NCBI GenBank assembly: GCA_964016885.1
Contig: OZ024746.1
Coordinates: 73,532,001-73,596,000 of the forward strand
DNA: 64,000 nt
Source of the DNA: Eledone cirrhosa
Lineage: Eukaryota
Reading direction: 5' to 3'
The position numbers and the translations under genes were made by a program. Below, in pieces: positions 24,657 through 38,025 of the stretch (the first letter of the stretch is position 1; every line of letters begins with the position of its first letter). The notes under the pieces are model-generated. The model had not been told where the DNA came from. It did not search any database and saw only the letters and a program-made list of their open reading frames with translations.

Positions 24657-24836
24657 CTCTTGAGATTACATCAACAGTTAGGAAATTTTCATCACATAAC
24701 GATGGTCCAGAAACTTCAAGCTGATCAAGACTCTTCTCTATTGACTCCATTGGAGTAAAGCTACTCAATGGCTGAAGTGTGCAAGAACTCTCAGTAAAAG
24801 ATTTGCTTTTGGACTCTGACTGCTGTGGATGTTTTT
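24657..24836 (-). CDS. YEATS2: YEATS2 coding exon 12
   Basis: tag/gtaat; open, phase 1-1, 180 nt; EKHPQQSES...FLTVDVISR. Confidence 0.75.
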
Positions 24837-25336
24837 CTAAAGGAGAAAGAATAAGTCATTGAGGAGAAAAAATTCTTGACATTGTCAGCAAGTAGAAGAA
24901 TATAAAAACAAAACAAAACAAAACAAAAAATATGGAGTACACCATCAATATTCCAGACCTGCCAGACTGGATAACAGAAACACATTATTAAATTAGAATC
25001 ACCCTCCCTAATACGAAAGTACAAATACCGCCATGCATTAACCTCCTAAGTAGTCTGGTGGGTCATAAAAAATTCAAGTGGTCACTTATAATCATATCTA
25101 CATTAAATTTAAAATAGTGTGGTTTGAGGGATGGGGAATATTTGTCTGCTATTTGAAGCAAGTCAAGTGACCACACAGAAACATACCCTAGTATTGGTGA
25201 ATTACATGATAAACAACAACCCAGTACGCTCTGTAAGGTGGTTGGTAATAGGAAGGGAATCTAGCCATAGAAAACCTGCTTAACAAAGGGTTAGGAAGAC
25301 TCTTCAGCTATGCCAAAGACAGGGCAAATTCTTTAA

Positions 25337-26308
25337 CCCTTTAGCATTCACATTAATTTGTCAAATGTCATGTTTATCTGTTCACATTATTTTCAGTTAA
25401 TCGTTTGTAATTTTCTAATTTTCTATATGCAAGCTTGAAATTTTGTCAGTAGATGTTTAAATTTTACTTTTATGGGCAAGTAAAATTAATTAATAGGGGC
25501 ATTTGAAGTATCAACCAGGTGCAAATACTGGTTTAATTTTAAATACGTTGTTTTCGGCATAATACTTGATATATAAGGATCACTAAACCTTATATCAGTG
25601 CTCCAGTAATTCCAGTCTTGGAAATTGTTTTATACTGAACATAATATTTATGGTAAAAAATGCTTGCATTTCCGCAGTATCTGTCGGTCGCCATAACAGA
25701 TCGGGCTTTCTTCGATTTGAAATCTGTTGTTGGGCATATCGATTAATCTCTTCTGCCACAACTTCGAAGAAAGTTTGTGGTAAAAACAAAAAGAAATAAT
25801 CCAGTGCTTTAACATCGGGAGTTAATGTGTGTTGTGGACCAGTATTTTGAATAAAATCGGGAACATATATTGGTGTGGTATTTTTCAACCACGTTGCTGT
25901 AATATTTTCAATGGCTTCCTGGAGATCTCCTTCCTTTTCACTTTCAAAACAACAATCATTGTCGGATGAAATTTCAGAAATGTAAACATCTGATTCATTT
26001 GAAGATAAATCAGTAATATTATCTTGTTTCTTGTTCATTCTGAATGTCGTGTGTAAAATCTTCAAAGTTGGTATCACTACTTTCACAAGCCATGTTGATA
26101 CACAAAAAATCTGTTCTACTTTCAACGTTAAAAAACACGTGTTGTTTTAAGTTGTTTCACTATATTAAGTGTTAATTTTCGCGGTAAGGGCCTAATCTCG
26201 CAGTAATCTTGAATTGACGAGATTTTGATGACGGTATTGTTTATTTTTAGAACAATATTTTAGTGTGGGTGTTATCGGCTGGTTTCGGGCGGTTTGAACA
26301 CTAAAGGG
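25337..26308 (-). mobile_element. Internally deleted piggyBac transposon in a YEATS2 intron
   Basis: TTAA at both ends; TIRs CCCTTTAGCATTCA / CCCTTTAGTGTTCA; ORF 25595-26125 resembles a piggyBac (PGBD4-like) transposase N-terminal region (PDF...GPQH, LDYFFLF, EEINRYAQQ, W.PTD..EM.AF). Confidence 0.9.
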
Positions 26309-26948
26309 TTAATGTTGGTGCCACAATAAAATGCACTCGGTAGAGAGTGATGTTATATATTGGGGCCTCGACCCACAAGGAGGTCACAGGCTCCGCTTGA
26401 GTATTAATTGGTCTGTGACGACATGTCCAACCCTAGGAGGGGAAAATGGAAGGTAAATGATGATGATGACAGCAACAGCTGTCATTGAAATTGACCAGTA
26501 TTTCAGCTGGTAATGTTATGTTCAATTCCCCAGGTGGGTAAAGTACCTTGATAAAACAAGCATGCATTACAGGAACAAACAACACGTACACTACCAGGTA
26601 TTTTATGGATAAATGCAAAACATAAAAAAATTAAAATGCTTTGGGAAACCAGTATAATATGAATACAAATATAATGGCAGCCATAGAATAAAGGACATAA
26701 CAAAATAGTTTTCATCTTATATTTTATATTTTGACATTAGAACCATGAAATATTAAGAAATATAAGGTAAAATTATTGTTTTATTTTGTCATTCTTACTT
26801 TACTTACCATTATATATATCCTATTCTACACTGCACTGGCTTTCCTCAAACATTCTTAATTACACGTATCACAATGCTTCATATAAACTATACTGCTTTT
26901 ATGTTTCAAAAGAAAAATAGGACACACTTATATACCAGCACAACTTAC

Positions 26949-27087
26949 CAAGATGATGAGGTGTGTAGGCATGTAAACGACACCAAGTGAATATTTGTTT
27001 AGTACTCCACACACTGCTAGGGTTGAATTTTGTTGATCCCAACAACAGTTTCAGGATATAATTCCTTACAGAGGATGCTCTCTGCCA
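26949..27087 (-). CDS. YEATS2: YEATS2 coding exon 11
   Basis: WQRASSVRNYIL...TKQIFTWCRLHAYTP (human, from memory: WQRA...TKHIAHWCRCHGYTP); 139 nt. Confidence 0.92.
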
Positions 27088-28151
27088 CTGATTTAAGAGA
27101 AAAATGAAACAAATGAGAACAAAAACACTTCACAATATTTAAGATTTTAAATTTCTATTTTCTTTTACTTTGAATATGTTAACAGGGTTGAACCACAATA
27201 GTTGTTGCTGCCCCCACCACTACCACCACCATTTTACATTTGCTTTCCATGCCTGCATGATTTAGGTGGGTTGTCATGGTCTGTGACCAGATGCGCCGAA
27301 GAGACCTCATCTTGCTCTTATGTTCCATATTTAGCATGGTTTTGTGGCTGGATGCCCTTCCTAATGCCAACCACATTAGAGAGGGTAGAGGGAATTATAT
27401 TTTGGCACCAGTACAACCACTTTTACAAAATGGACTGGATGCATTTTATCATGACACCAACACTATCAGTTTTACAGAGTGCATTTTATCATGGCACTTG
27501 AAAAGAAAAGTTGTCATATGCTTCACTAGATGAAGTATTCACTGTGGCACCAGTACTATCTGCTTTACAGAGTGCATTGGGTGCATTTCATCATAGTACT
27601 AAAAGGATTGGTGTTGGATGGGCATTTGGCTGTAAATCATTGCCTCAAAAACCCACATTCAACCCATATTAGCATTGAAAATTTGATGTAAAAATGAAAA
27701 TGATGACGATTCATCTACTTTTAAAATGTTATGGTAGAATTTGAAGGAGATTTTGCTGTAATTTTGGTAAGCCCATGCCAGCAAGAAAAGAAGACATAAA
27801 AGCAATGACAATGACAGCACGAGTGTTAGTAACACTGACACTCACGCATTAACGTTCTGCTTTGAATTCTCTATAGCTGATCATGCTGAACATCCTTTCA
27901 CAAATGAAATAATGGTTTCTGATTTAGGCACAAGGCCAACAATTTTGGGGGAGGGGAAAGTTGATCACATCAACTCCAGTGTGTTATTGATACTTTATTT
28001 TATCAACTCCGTAAAGGAGAAAGGCAAAGCTAACCTTAGCGGGATTTGAACTCAGAACGTAAAGGGACGTAACTCTGTGCCGTCAGAGATGAAATAACAA
28101 GAGAAAAGAAAATATCAAAGAAAAGAGTAACCAACAAATGAGTTCACTTAC

Positions 28152-28308
28152 TTCTGACGCCCTTCTCTTGCCAATATTCCATGATAGCCATTGTTCAACA
28201 GTGTCAGTTGCATATGGATGTAGGGACCGGTCAACCCCTTCACTGATCAGAGGGTGCAGACGGACAACGGCACGGACAACTGACATCATATCAGTTAATG
28301 CATCAAGA
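28152..28308 (-). CDS. YEATS2: YEATS2 coding exon 10
   Basis: LDALTDMMSVVRAVVRLHPLI...TVEQWLSWNIGKRRASE; conserved WNIGKRRA motif; 157 nt. Confidence 0.92.
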
Positions 28309-29460
28309 CTATGTGATAATAGAAACAAATATAATGGAAAACATTAATAATAATAATAATCGTTTTTGAGGCCAACAAATTTGGGAGAGGGGCAAGTCGA
28401 TTAAGACGAACCCAGTGCATTACTGGTACTTTATTTTATCGACCCCGTAAGGATGAAAGGCAAAGTTAACCCCGGCGGGATTTGAACTCAGAATGGCAAA
28501 GGCCATAACTCTATGCGTCAAAGCATGGCGTCCGACCCTCTATCGATACTGCCAATCCACCGCCCTGCCATTATTAATGATAATTATAATGATTTCTAAT
28601 ATAGGCACAAGGCCAGCAATTTTGGAAGAGGGGATAGTCAATTATATTGATCTCCATTACTCAACTGGTACTTTATTTTATCAACCTCTGGAAGGATGAA
28701 AGGCAAATTTGACCTCAGTGAGATTTGGACTTAGAAAATAATGAGCTGGAATATCACAAAACTATTGTCTATTGCTCCAATGATTCTCTTAATCCACCAC
28801 CATTAATAATGATAAAAACAATTTAAAAAATAGTTTCTAATTTAGGCACAAGGCATAATAAATAATAATCTAAACTTTTGGCCACCACTCCCCTTGAAAG
28901 AATGTAGATGATGTGAAAAGGAAACACAACATATCTAGAGTTGACACAATGATAAAATGCTCTAAGTAAACTCTCTATAATGGTTGAAAATTGAATGGAG
29001 ACACTGTAGTGTAGAAAGGGTTCTTTAGTCTCACTAAGGTCACAACATCCTCTTTAGTGCTGGTGCTCTGACGAAATGCACCCAGTACACAATGTTACTA
29101 AAGACCTTCAGCTGTAGAAACCATACCAAGATGTGAGGACAGCAGCTGTGATTAAGTACTGACGTGGTCTATAATGACCCTTTCAGCCCAAGCTAGCATG
29201 AAAAAGCGGACATTAAATGATGATTATATCATCATCATCATTTCACATCCGCTTTTCCCTGCTTGCAAGGCAGCCACAGTTTCCATCTGTCAAGTTTCAC
29301 TTATAAGGTTTTAGTTAAATCACAGACATGGTAGAAGACACATGCTCAGTGGGGTCAGACTCAGTACCAAGTAGTTTACAAACCAAATTTCCCTCAATTT
29401 ACATCAATGTGTGAATTGGAAGAGTTATTAAACATAAATCATTTTTTTAAAAGAGACTAA

Positions 29461-29664
29461 CCCTTTTGACAATAAACCACCTGAAACCAGTCTTGATTTT
29501 ATAGTTCAAAATTGTTTGTTATAAAATGTTTTTACATCCATCATAATTTTATGCAAGAACCCTTAAATTATTTAATAATAAATCACTCCAAATTTTTGAT
29601 TATTTTTAAAATTATTTGAAAATTATAGGCAGTGTCTTTCATGAAGAATATGGTAATGAAAGAG
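29461..29664. mobile_element. piggyBac-type non-autonomous MITE; many partial relatives (e.g. ~520-640, 22330-22511, 24100-24395, 34150-34338, 34697-34845, 42620-42880, 46440-46615, 58560-58643)
   Basis: Ends (t)aaCCCTTTTG... and ...ATATGGTAATGAAAG(A/G)Gttaa, recurring across the window. Confidence 0.65.
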
Positions 29665-29717
29665 TTAAAGACAAGAATTGCAAATAAAAAAAATATTGAA
29701 AAACATGAAATTCTTAC

Positions 29718-32491
29718 TTAATTGGAGGAACAGATAGATTAATTGGTTGTATTTTCTTTGGTTTACTGTAACCATGAATCTTTTTCTCACATACAAGTGG
29801 TCTCATCTGTTTGGTAATCACAGATGTTGTTTTAGGAAAGGCAGTAGAGCTAACAGTTGTAGTTACAGTGCTGAGTGAGACAGTCCCATTACTGCTCTTT
29901 GGTAAACTACTTACAGATGGGTTACATGTTGAAGTGGACGGTATCACTTTAAGAAGCACTTTCTGTGGTAGGCTGTTGTTACTAAAGCCAGTTGATGGGG
30001 CAAGGACCAAGCTACCATTTGAATATTGTACTTGAAGAGAAACACTGGTACCTGCTACTTCTTGACTGCTTGTAACATTAATGGCAGGTTTCTCTACCGA
30101 CAATGCAGATGTCCAAATTTTGCCAGTTGGCATGGTAGAGTTATTGACAGGTGAAACTATCATAGCAGTCTTGTTTGGATTTTTAAGCAACAACATCGGT
30201 CTAGGTGTGTTCAATAAACTACTAGATGCAGCCACTGTATTAGAAGTTGACACAATCCCAGACAAAGTAGGCTGGGTAGTGTTTATGTTTGAGGTTGATG
30301 GTTTTGAGAGAAGTGAGTGTGAGGCATCTGCTGTTTTCATTTCTGTGTTAGGTTTCAAGAATAGATGTGATGGTAATAAAGAGAGACCCTTATTTCTTGT
30401 GGTTGTTAAGACATAAGTTTGTTTTCCTGTGTTGAAAGTTGAAGGCAACGTTTGAAGTGAAGAGGTACTAGTCACTAGATTACACCTAACTGGCTGTCTC
30501 CACTCTCCGGACCTTGCTAGAGTTTTTACATTTTGTGTACCAACATTTACCATTGGAGTGCTTTGTGACATCAGAGGAAGATGCGTAGCAGGATTGATTG
30601 AAGAATTATTGGAGTTTATGATGAAAGGCTGTATAGGGGTGGATGTACTAGCAGTATTTGTAACTGAAACACTGTTCATAACTGATGGAGAACTTTGAAG
30701 AATTTTGTTGCCTGTCATAATAGGTCCTTTATTTAATCCACTTGTCGCTGAACTGAGCAGTAGAAGTGAAGATTTACCTGGTGTACTTTTAATTTCACTG
30801 ACAAGGGGTCGAACGATACCAGGTGTCACAGTTGGAATGAAAATCCCTGGCTGAGTGACAGTTTTCTTTACAGGTGAATTAGCAGAAAGAAGGGAAGAAT
30901 TCTTGTTGACTGCTGAGGAGGATAATAATATAAGAGAGGTGTTTGTTGTGGTTGGCACTTTAGACAGGGACATGAGGGAGGTTGGCAAAACATTGGCTTG
31001 AGGCAGTGAACCCATACTGAGCAAAGTATGAGAAGCAGCTGGGTTTGGTTTGTTAATTTGTGAAAGTGAAGACTGAACAGTGACGGGTGATGACCAGCAC
31101 ACTCCCAATGTGCTGCTTGGAATGGAAATCAAACCTTGTGGAGTTACCCGGAATGGGGAGATAACTGGTGTATTTTCTTTTTTAGGATTAGATTTATCTT
31201 TTAAGAAGACAGAATCATTCTGCCCTGAAACTTCTGTTAAATTTGAAGTTGAACCCAATTGAATTGTGTATGTTTTAGTGGAAGTATTATCAACTGATCT
31301 AACATCAATGCTATTGGGGATCTTCTTAATAGCATCATTTGCTAGAAAAGATTTTGAAATAGCAACAGGAGGAGGCTTGATACCTGATGTTGCTGCTGTA
31401 GTGATAGGGGTAGAGTTATTGTGGAGCAAACTTGTAATTGTTGCAGAAACTGGGGATGGAGCATTAGTTTGTGATGAGACAAGAGCACTCGCAGGCAGAC
31501 ATGTTCTTGGCTTGCCAACTAAAGGTTGTGACATTAAGAGCACTTTACCTTGGCTGTTCAGGCACTTCAGTAAAGTATTGAGAGGAAGGTTTTGCAAGTT
31601 CTGGACCTTCATAGGAACTGGTGTTGCTTGAACATTAGCAGGTTTTGGTGCTAAAATAGCTGCTGTAGGCAACACAGAGGCTGCTGTTGATATTGTGACA
31701 GTTGTTGGTGTTGTTCCAACTATACTGGTGGCACTTATTGTTGTTGTTGGTGCAACAGCTGCAAATTTTTGTTTAGAAACAGCAACAGGAAGTGAAAGTT
31801 TAGAGTTGGGATGCGAGGTCAATGTAACAAAATATGGAAGTGTAGTGTTACAAGAAACAACTGGTTTTTTTAAAGTTGTTGTTGTTGTTGTTGTTGTTAG
31901 TGCAATTGGTGTTATTGTTGTAACTGGTGGTGCTGCTGCTTTTGATGTTACAGGTGAAGCTGTTATTGTTGTCATTGGTATTGCTGTTGCAGCTGATACT
32001 GACATACATGTTATTTTTGTGTCACTGCTAGATGCAATCACTGGAATGGTGGTGCTGCTGGTAGCAGAGAAACTGTCAGAGATTTCTGGCAGTAAACATA
32101 AAGGAGCTTCATTAACTGCTGACAAGGAACTACCAGCAGTTAGTTTGTATACCTTTAGTTTACTTGGTGATGTTGTGGTATCACTATGTAACACACCATT
32201 TTTGATAGTTGAGGAATCCAACACAAGTTCTTTTTTTAATTCTGTAACAGTCTTATTCCCCTTTTCTGTTGCTTCTTTGGAATTAACATCGGAATCAATT
32301 TCACTCAGAGATGGAGTGTTGACACTATTAGATTTCAGTCTTAATTCTTGGGTCCTTTCATAAAAATCTTGAGAAAGTACTCTGTCACTGGAGGCATGAG
32401 TTTTAGTTGAGCAAAGGACACTGGATGATGTTGATGTCTGAACTGATGTAACCTCAGAAGGCTTTCCTTTCTCAATTTCAATTTCAACAGT
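29718..32491 (-). CDS. YEATS2: YEATS2 coding exon 9, giant 2774-nt S/T/P-rich exon
   Basis: tag acceptor at 32492; starts TVEIEIEK (end of YEATS domain), continuous with ORF 29714-32224; gtaag donor at 29717; phase fits exon 10. Confidence 0.88.
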
Positions 32492-32727
32492 CTATATAAA
32501 ATAAGAATTTTAAAGGAGATTAGAAAATAAACATGAGAACATATGTCGATAAGTACAAGCCACAAATTTGCGAACGCATTTATATATAATATCTTAGCAC
32601 TAACATTTATCTATTGATCTATATATATATATATATATATATATTTATACATATAATATAAAAGAAAGAATATTGAAGAAAAGTAAAGCAACTAAAATAA
32701 AAATGTAAAATATAAAAAAACACTCAC

Positions 32728-32772
32728 TGTTTCTGCGCCAAATGTCTGCAGGCCGGTATAAGTTCGATCAAG
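32728..32772 (-). CDS. YEATS2: YEATS2 coding exon 8 (45 nt)
   Basis: LDRTYTGLQTFGAET; aag acceptor, gtgag donor. Confidence 0.93.
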
Positions 32773-33639
32773 CTTAAAAGAAAAATGTTGATTCTTAATA
32801 TATAGAAGTGAATTTATGCAAATATATTATAAGCTGTTGGCCAGTTTTGCAGAAGAAATTTTGCATAAAGACATATCTTTACAATCAATATTATAAGAAA
32901 AACTAAGACCATTGTTTTACTCATACATTTTTTTTTCCTGGGAAAATGACTAATTGTAAATTAGATATGTTTTTTATTGGTAATCCTTATCATTGTCTAT
33001 TGCCATATAAGGGATGGATATGAAATAATTAGTACTATCTTCAAGATTAAGGGTAGATTTATAGGTGTCTGAAAATTACATAAAAAAACAAGTAAATTAG
33101 TGAATGAGGCACTCTTCCCAGGCCATAGAACAATTAATAACTAGATTTCTCTATGATGAGGAGAAATAGTAATAAATTATAAATGGTTAGCTTTTTAGCA
33201 AAGTGTAAAGTTAAAGCAAACTAACAAAAACATTAATACTCTTTGACTTGAAATTATATTTTCTCTCGTTGGGTTTCTTTCCCCTCTTGAATTGAAGTTT
33301 AGCACAATAACATTTCTACAGATTGGAAATAGTTGATAAAGATTAAATCTCTGTTAATAGTGTGTGCGCGCCTGACTGGCTTTGCACTTTCAGGTCAATT
33401 AGCTCACTAACCCATCCCTCTTTCATTTTGGCCTGTCTAGCCACTTGCCACCAAGAATATAATAAATAAAATACACAACATTTAGCAGGACTATACCAGC
33501 CATTTTATCTAAGGTACCCCCTCCCCATCACTGACCACTCCCAGAGAAAAACAAAAATAAAAAACAACAACCTTATAAGATTTAAAAAAATTCTTTTGCT
33601 TTGACTGTATGCCCATATATGGACTGTATACCTTAAGTT

Positions 33640-33768
33640 CAGCTAGAACTTGAAACGGCTGGAGCTCAGCTGTCAGGGTCCTGAATCTTTTAATATTACC
33701 CACTCTACTACACCAAGTATCGAGTACTCTGGTGGGTTATGGTCCACCTGGTATTTTACCACACCCTA

Positions 33769-33775
<7 letters not shown>
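33640..33775 (-). repeat. Dispersed repeat shared with 2727-2830 (probably PLE-related), adjacent to a (TA)n array
   Basis: Reverse complement of ggaccataac.caccagagtactc.atactt.g.gtagtagagtgggtaata. Confidence 0.6.
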
Positions 33776-33805
<30 letters not shown>

Positions 33806-34899
33806 TAATGATATTCCAGTTTTGGCATAGTTTTGGCATAGTTTCTAAAGTTGGATGCTCTTCCTAACATCAATCAAATTACAGTGTACTGGGAATGTTT
33901 TTTTCATGGCACCAGCACAAGTTTTTTCATGGGCTTGCATATTGTAGAAGTATTGCTTTTACAGCTGGACCAGTCAAGAGAACTATAAACCACTTAACAA
34001 CTAAACAGAGAACATTTTAGCGATAGGGCACAATGACTATAGGTATGTTTGAACTCACAATTCTTATCATTCACCCATGAAAAAAAATGTAAGTGAGAGA
34101 ATACAATATTCCTAGAGATTTCAAAAGAATAACTATGTCAAGGTTTGATATTAAGTAATCCATCACCTTAGCTTCAGTCATTTATCCATATAGTTAAGAT
34201 AAAGTTATCCAAAGTAAGACTAAAAGGGTCACTAGGGTTTCTAACATTTCAATCCAGTTTTAAGGGACATAGCATAGTAAGAATTTTGTATAATGGAACT
34301 AGAAGCAATCTTGGGAAGGTTGGTATCAAAAGGGTTAATCCTTTTATACACAGATAATCATCAATTTATAAATTCAAATAAAACATTGTTTTTCTTTAAT
34401 GATAAACATATCATCTTAACAGCTTCATTGTTGTACACTTAAGTTATTTAAACATAACCCTCTAATATTAGTGGGTTTTAATTTAGACAAAAAGTCAGCA
34501 ATTTGTGGGAGGGGAAAGTCAATAAGATTGACCCTAGAAGGATGAACAGTAAAGATAACTTCAGTAGGATTACCACGAGTAAACAATTCAAGTACAAAAA
34601 CTTAGATGGAGGGAGAGATTTGGCTACTATATTTCTAGTATATCAAGTGACCACACAAGATTCCTCTGTTATATCACCCATAACATTTGTGATATCAACC
34701 CATGCAAAACTTGGTCTGCTTCTATAAAACAAAACCACCCATCTTATAGGGTTTCTATTTAAAGTAAAATTTTCTGAAACAATTTTGTATAAAAACACTA
34801 TGAAATAGAGTGTATTTCAATAGAAGTATGGTTACAAAAGGGTTAAAACAGTATACAAATATAGTAGAGTGGTTTGATAGATATATCTAGTAAGCTTAC

Positions 34900-35011
34900 C
34901 TTTAGATGGTGAATTATATCAACCCGCTTGTTCCTCTGGTCATGAAAATGTAACTGGATCCGAACAGGGAACTCACCCCAGCCACGCCGTGAGAGGTGGA
35001 AAGGAGGGTGT
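34900..35011 (-). CDS. YEATS2: YEATS2 coding exon 7 (YEATS domain)
   Basis: [37 protein letters not shown]; acyl-lysine-binding GWGEF motif. Confidence 0.96.
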
Positions 35012-35958
35012 CTGAAGAAAACGTCATGCACAGTGTTAAATAAGAGGCTATGTTATGTTGAACTAATTTTCTTCACCTCTCTAGTAATTAAGTTAATTAT
35101 TCTCTCACTCATGTTTGATTATACTCTATAGCTCTTTCTTAGATTTATAGCATACAATCATTTACTTTTTTTCTCATGTTCCTCATTATCAATTATCCCC
35201 ACTACTCTTATTTTGCACTTCTTTCTATTCTCTGCATCCCACTTTTATTGCTCTCCATCCATGCCCACTCTTCTTTTGTCTGTCTAGTGTTATTTCTGCT
35301 TCCAACTTGTGCATCTTGCTGTCAAACTTTACAGTTGCAGGAGTTGTGACAAGCAGATAGTCTCAACAATGGAAAGACCAATGGAAACATTGTTTCCTGG
35401 GTTCGATTTAACAAGTTCTACTCCACTCGGTAAGTGAGTGAGGTATGGGATCTTGTCAATCGACCTCTATATAGTAGGGTAAAGTATATCAATAAACTCT
35501 GTATCTGTAATGTAGGGTAAATATAATCTGGAATCTAAGGAAGCTCTCAGTGACATCACACAGAAGAGTTTCATTAGTAAAGAATCTAATATTTCAGTTC
35601 TTACCCTTCGTCTCAAAATGAAGAAGACAGAAAATGTAGTGTTGTCACTTTGGCTGCAAGCTAGAAAAAATGTAATACAACAATGGTATGGTTACTTTTC
35701 ATTAAACTGATTTACATACATCTTTCCCAAATAACATGGATGAGATGAGAGCCTGTTATTTTGCTGAGTCACACAAATTTGAGCAAGCAGAATTAGGTGT
35801 GTTACTCAAAGGTACAACACAATAGCTGTAGTATGATTTGAACTTAGGGGCCATGTTCAGCGTTTTAACCTCATCGTGATTATGATAACAAATTATTCCC
35901 TCTTACAAAAATAAAGTTGCACCAAGTCAAAACTATCAAAACAAAAAAAGTTACTTAC

Positions 35959-36120
35959 ACAACTTCAACTAAATCATTAGGACGGTAACTTGGATGCAAG
36001 AAAAACCAGACTTTCTTGACAAAATGATCAATGTTGGGTTCTTCCTTGGTGCCCCGTACATAGATAAGCCATTTGTGAGTAGATGGATCACTTTCTTCTC
36101 GACGATCCGGTGGAATGAAC
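35959..36120 (-). CDS. YEATS2: YEATS2 coding exon 6 (YEATS domain)
   Basis: [23 protein letters not shown]...[22 protein letters not shown]. Confidence 0.96.
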
Positions 36121-36708
36121 CTAATGATAAGAATAATAATGATTTCTAACATGGCACAAAGTTGCACATTTTGAGCAAGCAGAAATTTAGTTTTTAATAG
36201 TGTCATATACTATGAGGTGTTAAAAAGTTGTGTTGCACCTCTATGTCCTGGTCACCTACAATTCCTATGCATCTTGTGAAAAAATTACTATTTTTATTAA
36301 GAGGGTGTTGTAATTTGCTTGAAGCATTGTGTAGAAAATAGTATTTTATTAGGAGGTTACAGTAATGTAAATGGGACATTAAATGATAAGAATAATGATA
36401 ACAAAGGTGTTGGAATGTTGTCATAAACAATCCCAAGTTCTAACAACTTTGTTAATATTTTAAACATTTGATGTCACATATAACAAAGCATACTATTTTC
36501 TACTATTTTTATTATCATTATTATGTTATGGTTGTTACATTGAATTCAAATCTCGTCGAGGTTAGTGTTGCCTTTCATCCTTATGGGATCAATAAAATAC
36601 AGGCAAGCTCCATTAACATCACACTACTTTTTCTCCCCAGCAGGTTTCATATATTATATATTGTTAATGCTTCTTTTTTTTTCAAAAAAATTAACAAAAA
36701 TATCTTAC

Positions 36709-36806
36709 TTGGAAATATTTCCAACAATTAGCTTTTTCTTTACACGGAATCGAGAAGCTCGACCAGAACCAACTTCTGGTTCCAAGTTTGTCAATGAATC
36801 AGATTG
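36709..36806 (-). CDS. YEATS2: YEATS2 coding exon 5
   Basis: QSDSLTNLEPEVGSGRASRFRVKKKLIVGNIS(K); start of YEATS domain. Confidence 0.92.
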
Positions 36807-37489
36807 CTGTGTTGGAAAGAAGAAAAAAAATATATATAAAAAAAGACAGTTTCAAATAAGAAAATAGTCCTATCCTGATCTATTCAAGTATATGCAAATC
36901 AACAAAGAATCCTATATGTAGCCACGTGGCCTGCTTGAAATAGCAACTAAATCTCTGTCTTCAAAAAATGGATACACTAGATAATGTAGTCTTTGATTAA
37001 AAAAAAAAAAAAAAAGCAATACAGGGATAATCATGGTTGCAATGTCTTTGATTAGAGTTGAGCTGGAGCTAATCAACTACAACTCAAAAATACATAATGA
37101 AATATTTCATTGAAACTTAGCTGTGATATTAGGCTCTAGCTGGTTTTCTATCCTAAACATTTCTAACAGGACTTGTTAAACATACAAACATTGCTTGTTT
37201 TAAACCCTTCACTATTCTTTACTATTGCATTAAATTAATCACATCCTTTCAGATTCTGCTTTCAGGTGTTCTTAAGATCAACTTGATGTGACAGCATATT
37301 CATTATTTAATTTTCTATCCTACGCCAGTCCATTTGTTCTGGTTCTTTCAGCTCTGAGGTTCCAGTCTTTTGTGTGTTGATGAAAAATAGAGTACGAGCC
37401 AAAGGTGAGAAATTGGTGGAATTGTAAGAACGCCAAACAAGATGCCTGACAGTATCTGTTTTAGCTTTTTCTGTGACAAATTCAAATTC

Positions 37490-37735
37490 CACTGTGGCCT
37501 ATTTTGGTGGTAGATTTAATGTGGTGCTCAGTTTGACACCACAACCTAGTACTTGAGTGCCTCTCCATTACAAAAGTTCAGGTCTGGTCTCTGATTTGAG
37601 GATACCTTCCTATCTTCCACCAGGTTTGGAGGTCCTGAAAAGAGTGGCACCGCACTACCCTCCTTCACTAAACTGACAAATTGAACCTCAAAATATAGAA
37701 AATATCCTATTAAGTCCTCACTATACCTATCTCTC
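37490..37735. repeat. Unclassified ~250-bp dispersed repeat; second copy at ~59468-59745
   Basis: Shared blocks caccacaacctagtacttgagtgc, ctatcttccaccaggtttggag, gcaccgcactaccctccttcactaaa, atcctattaagtcctcactat. Confidence 0.8.
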
Positions 37736-37812
37736 ACTTTTGGTCAATCATTTAGACAGACAGACTTACATATACACATTCACAGAGAGAGTTTTTTCTT
37801 TTGTTTTCTTAC

Positions 37813-38025
37813 CTGTTGGCTGGACTCATCACTGGATTCAATAGCAGTGACAGAGCTCTGTGAACAATTACCGGAACTATTTGTCGACTGCAAACCAGTT
37901 AATAAATCACTTGCTCCCTGCCACTGGTATTTCTCTAGCCACTGGTCACTTGAATAACTGGGCTTCTTGCCAAGGTACTTTTTTACTGCTGGGTGAATTG
38001 AAGGTACTGTACTACTATAGGGCTT
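37813..38025 (-). CDS. YEATS2: YEATS2 coding exon 4
   Basis: KPYSSTVPSIHPAVKKYLGKKP...; HPA.KK.L motif; 213 nt, phase 0-0. Confidence 0.85.

Noticed and set aside
27846-27894. Possible poison cassette exon in YEATS2 intron 10 (gtgagt donor)
   Set aside because: Weak acceptor; exons 10 and 11 already join into the conserved KRRASE-WQRA motif
29811-32363. Plus-strand ORFs of 60-222 aa
   Set aside because: Antisense shadows of the low-complexity YEATS2 giant exon
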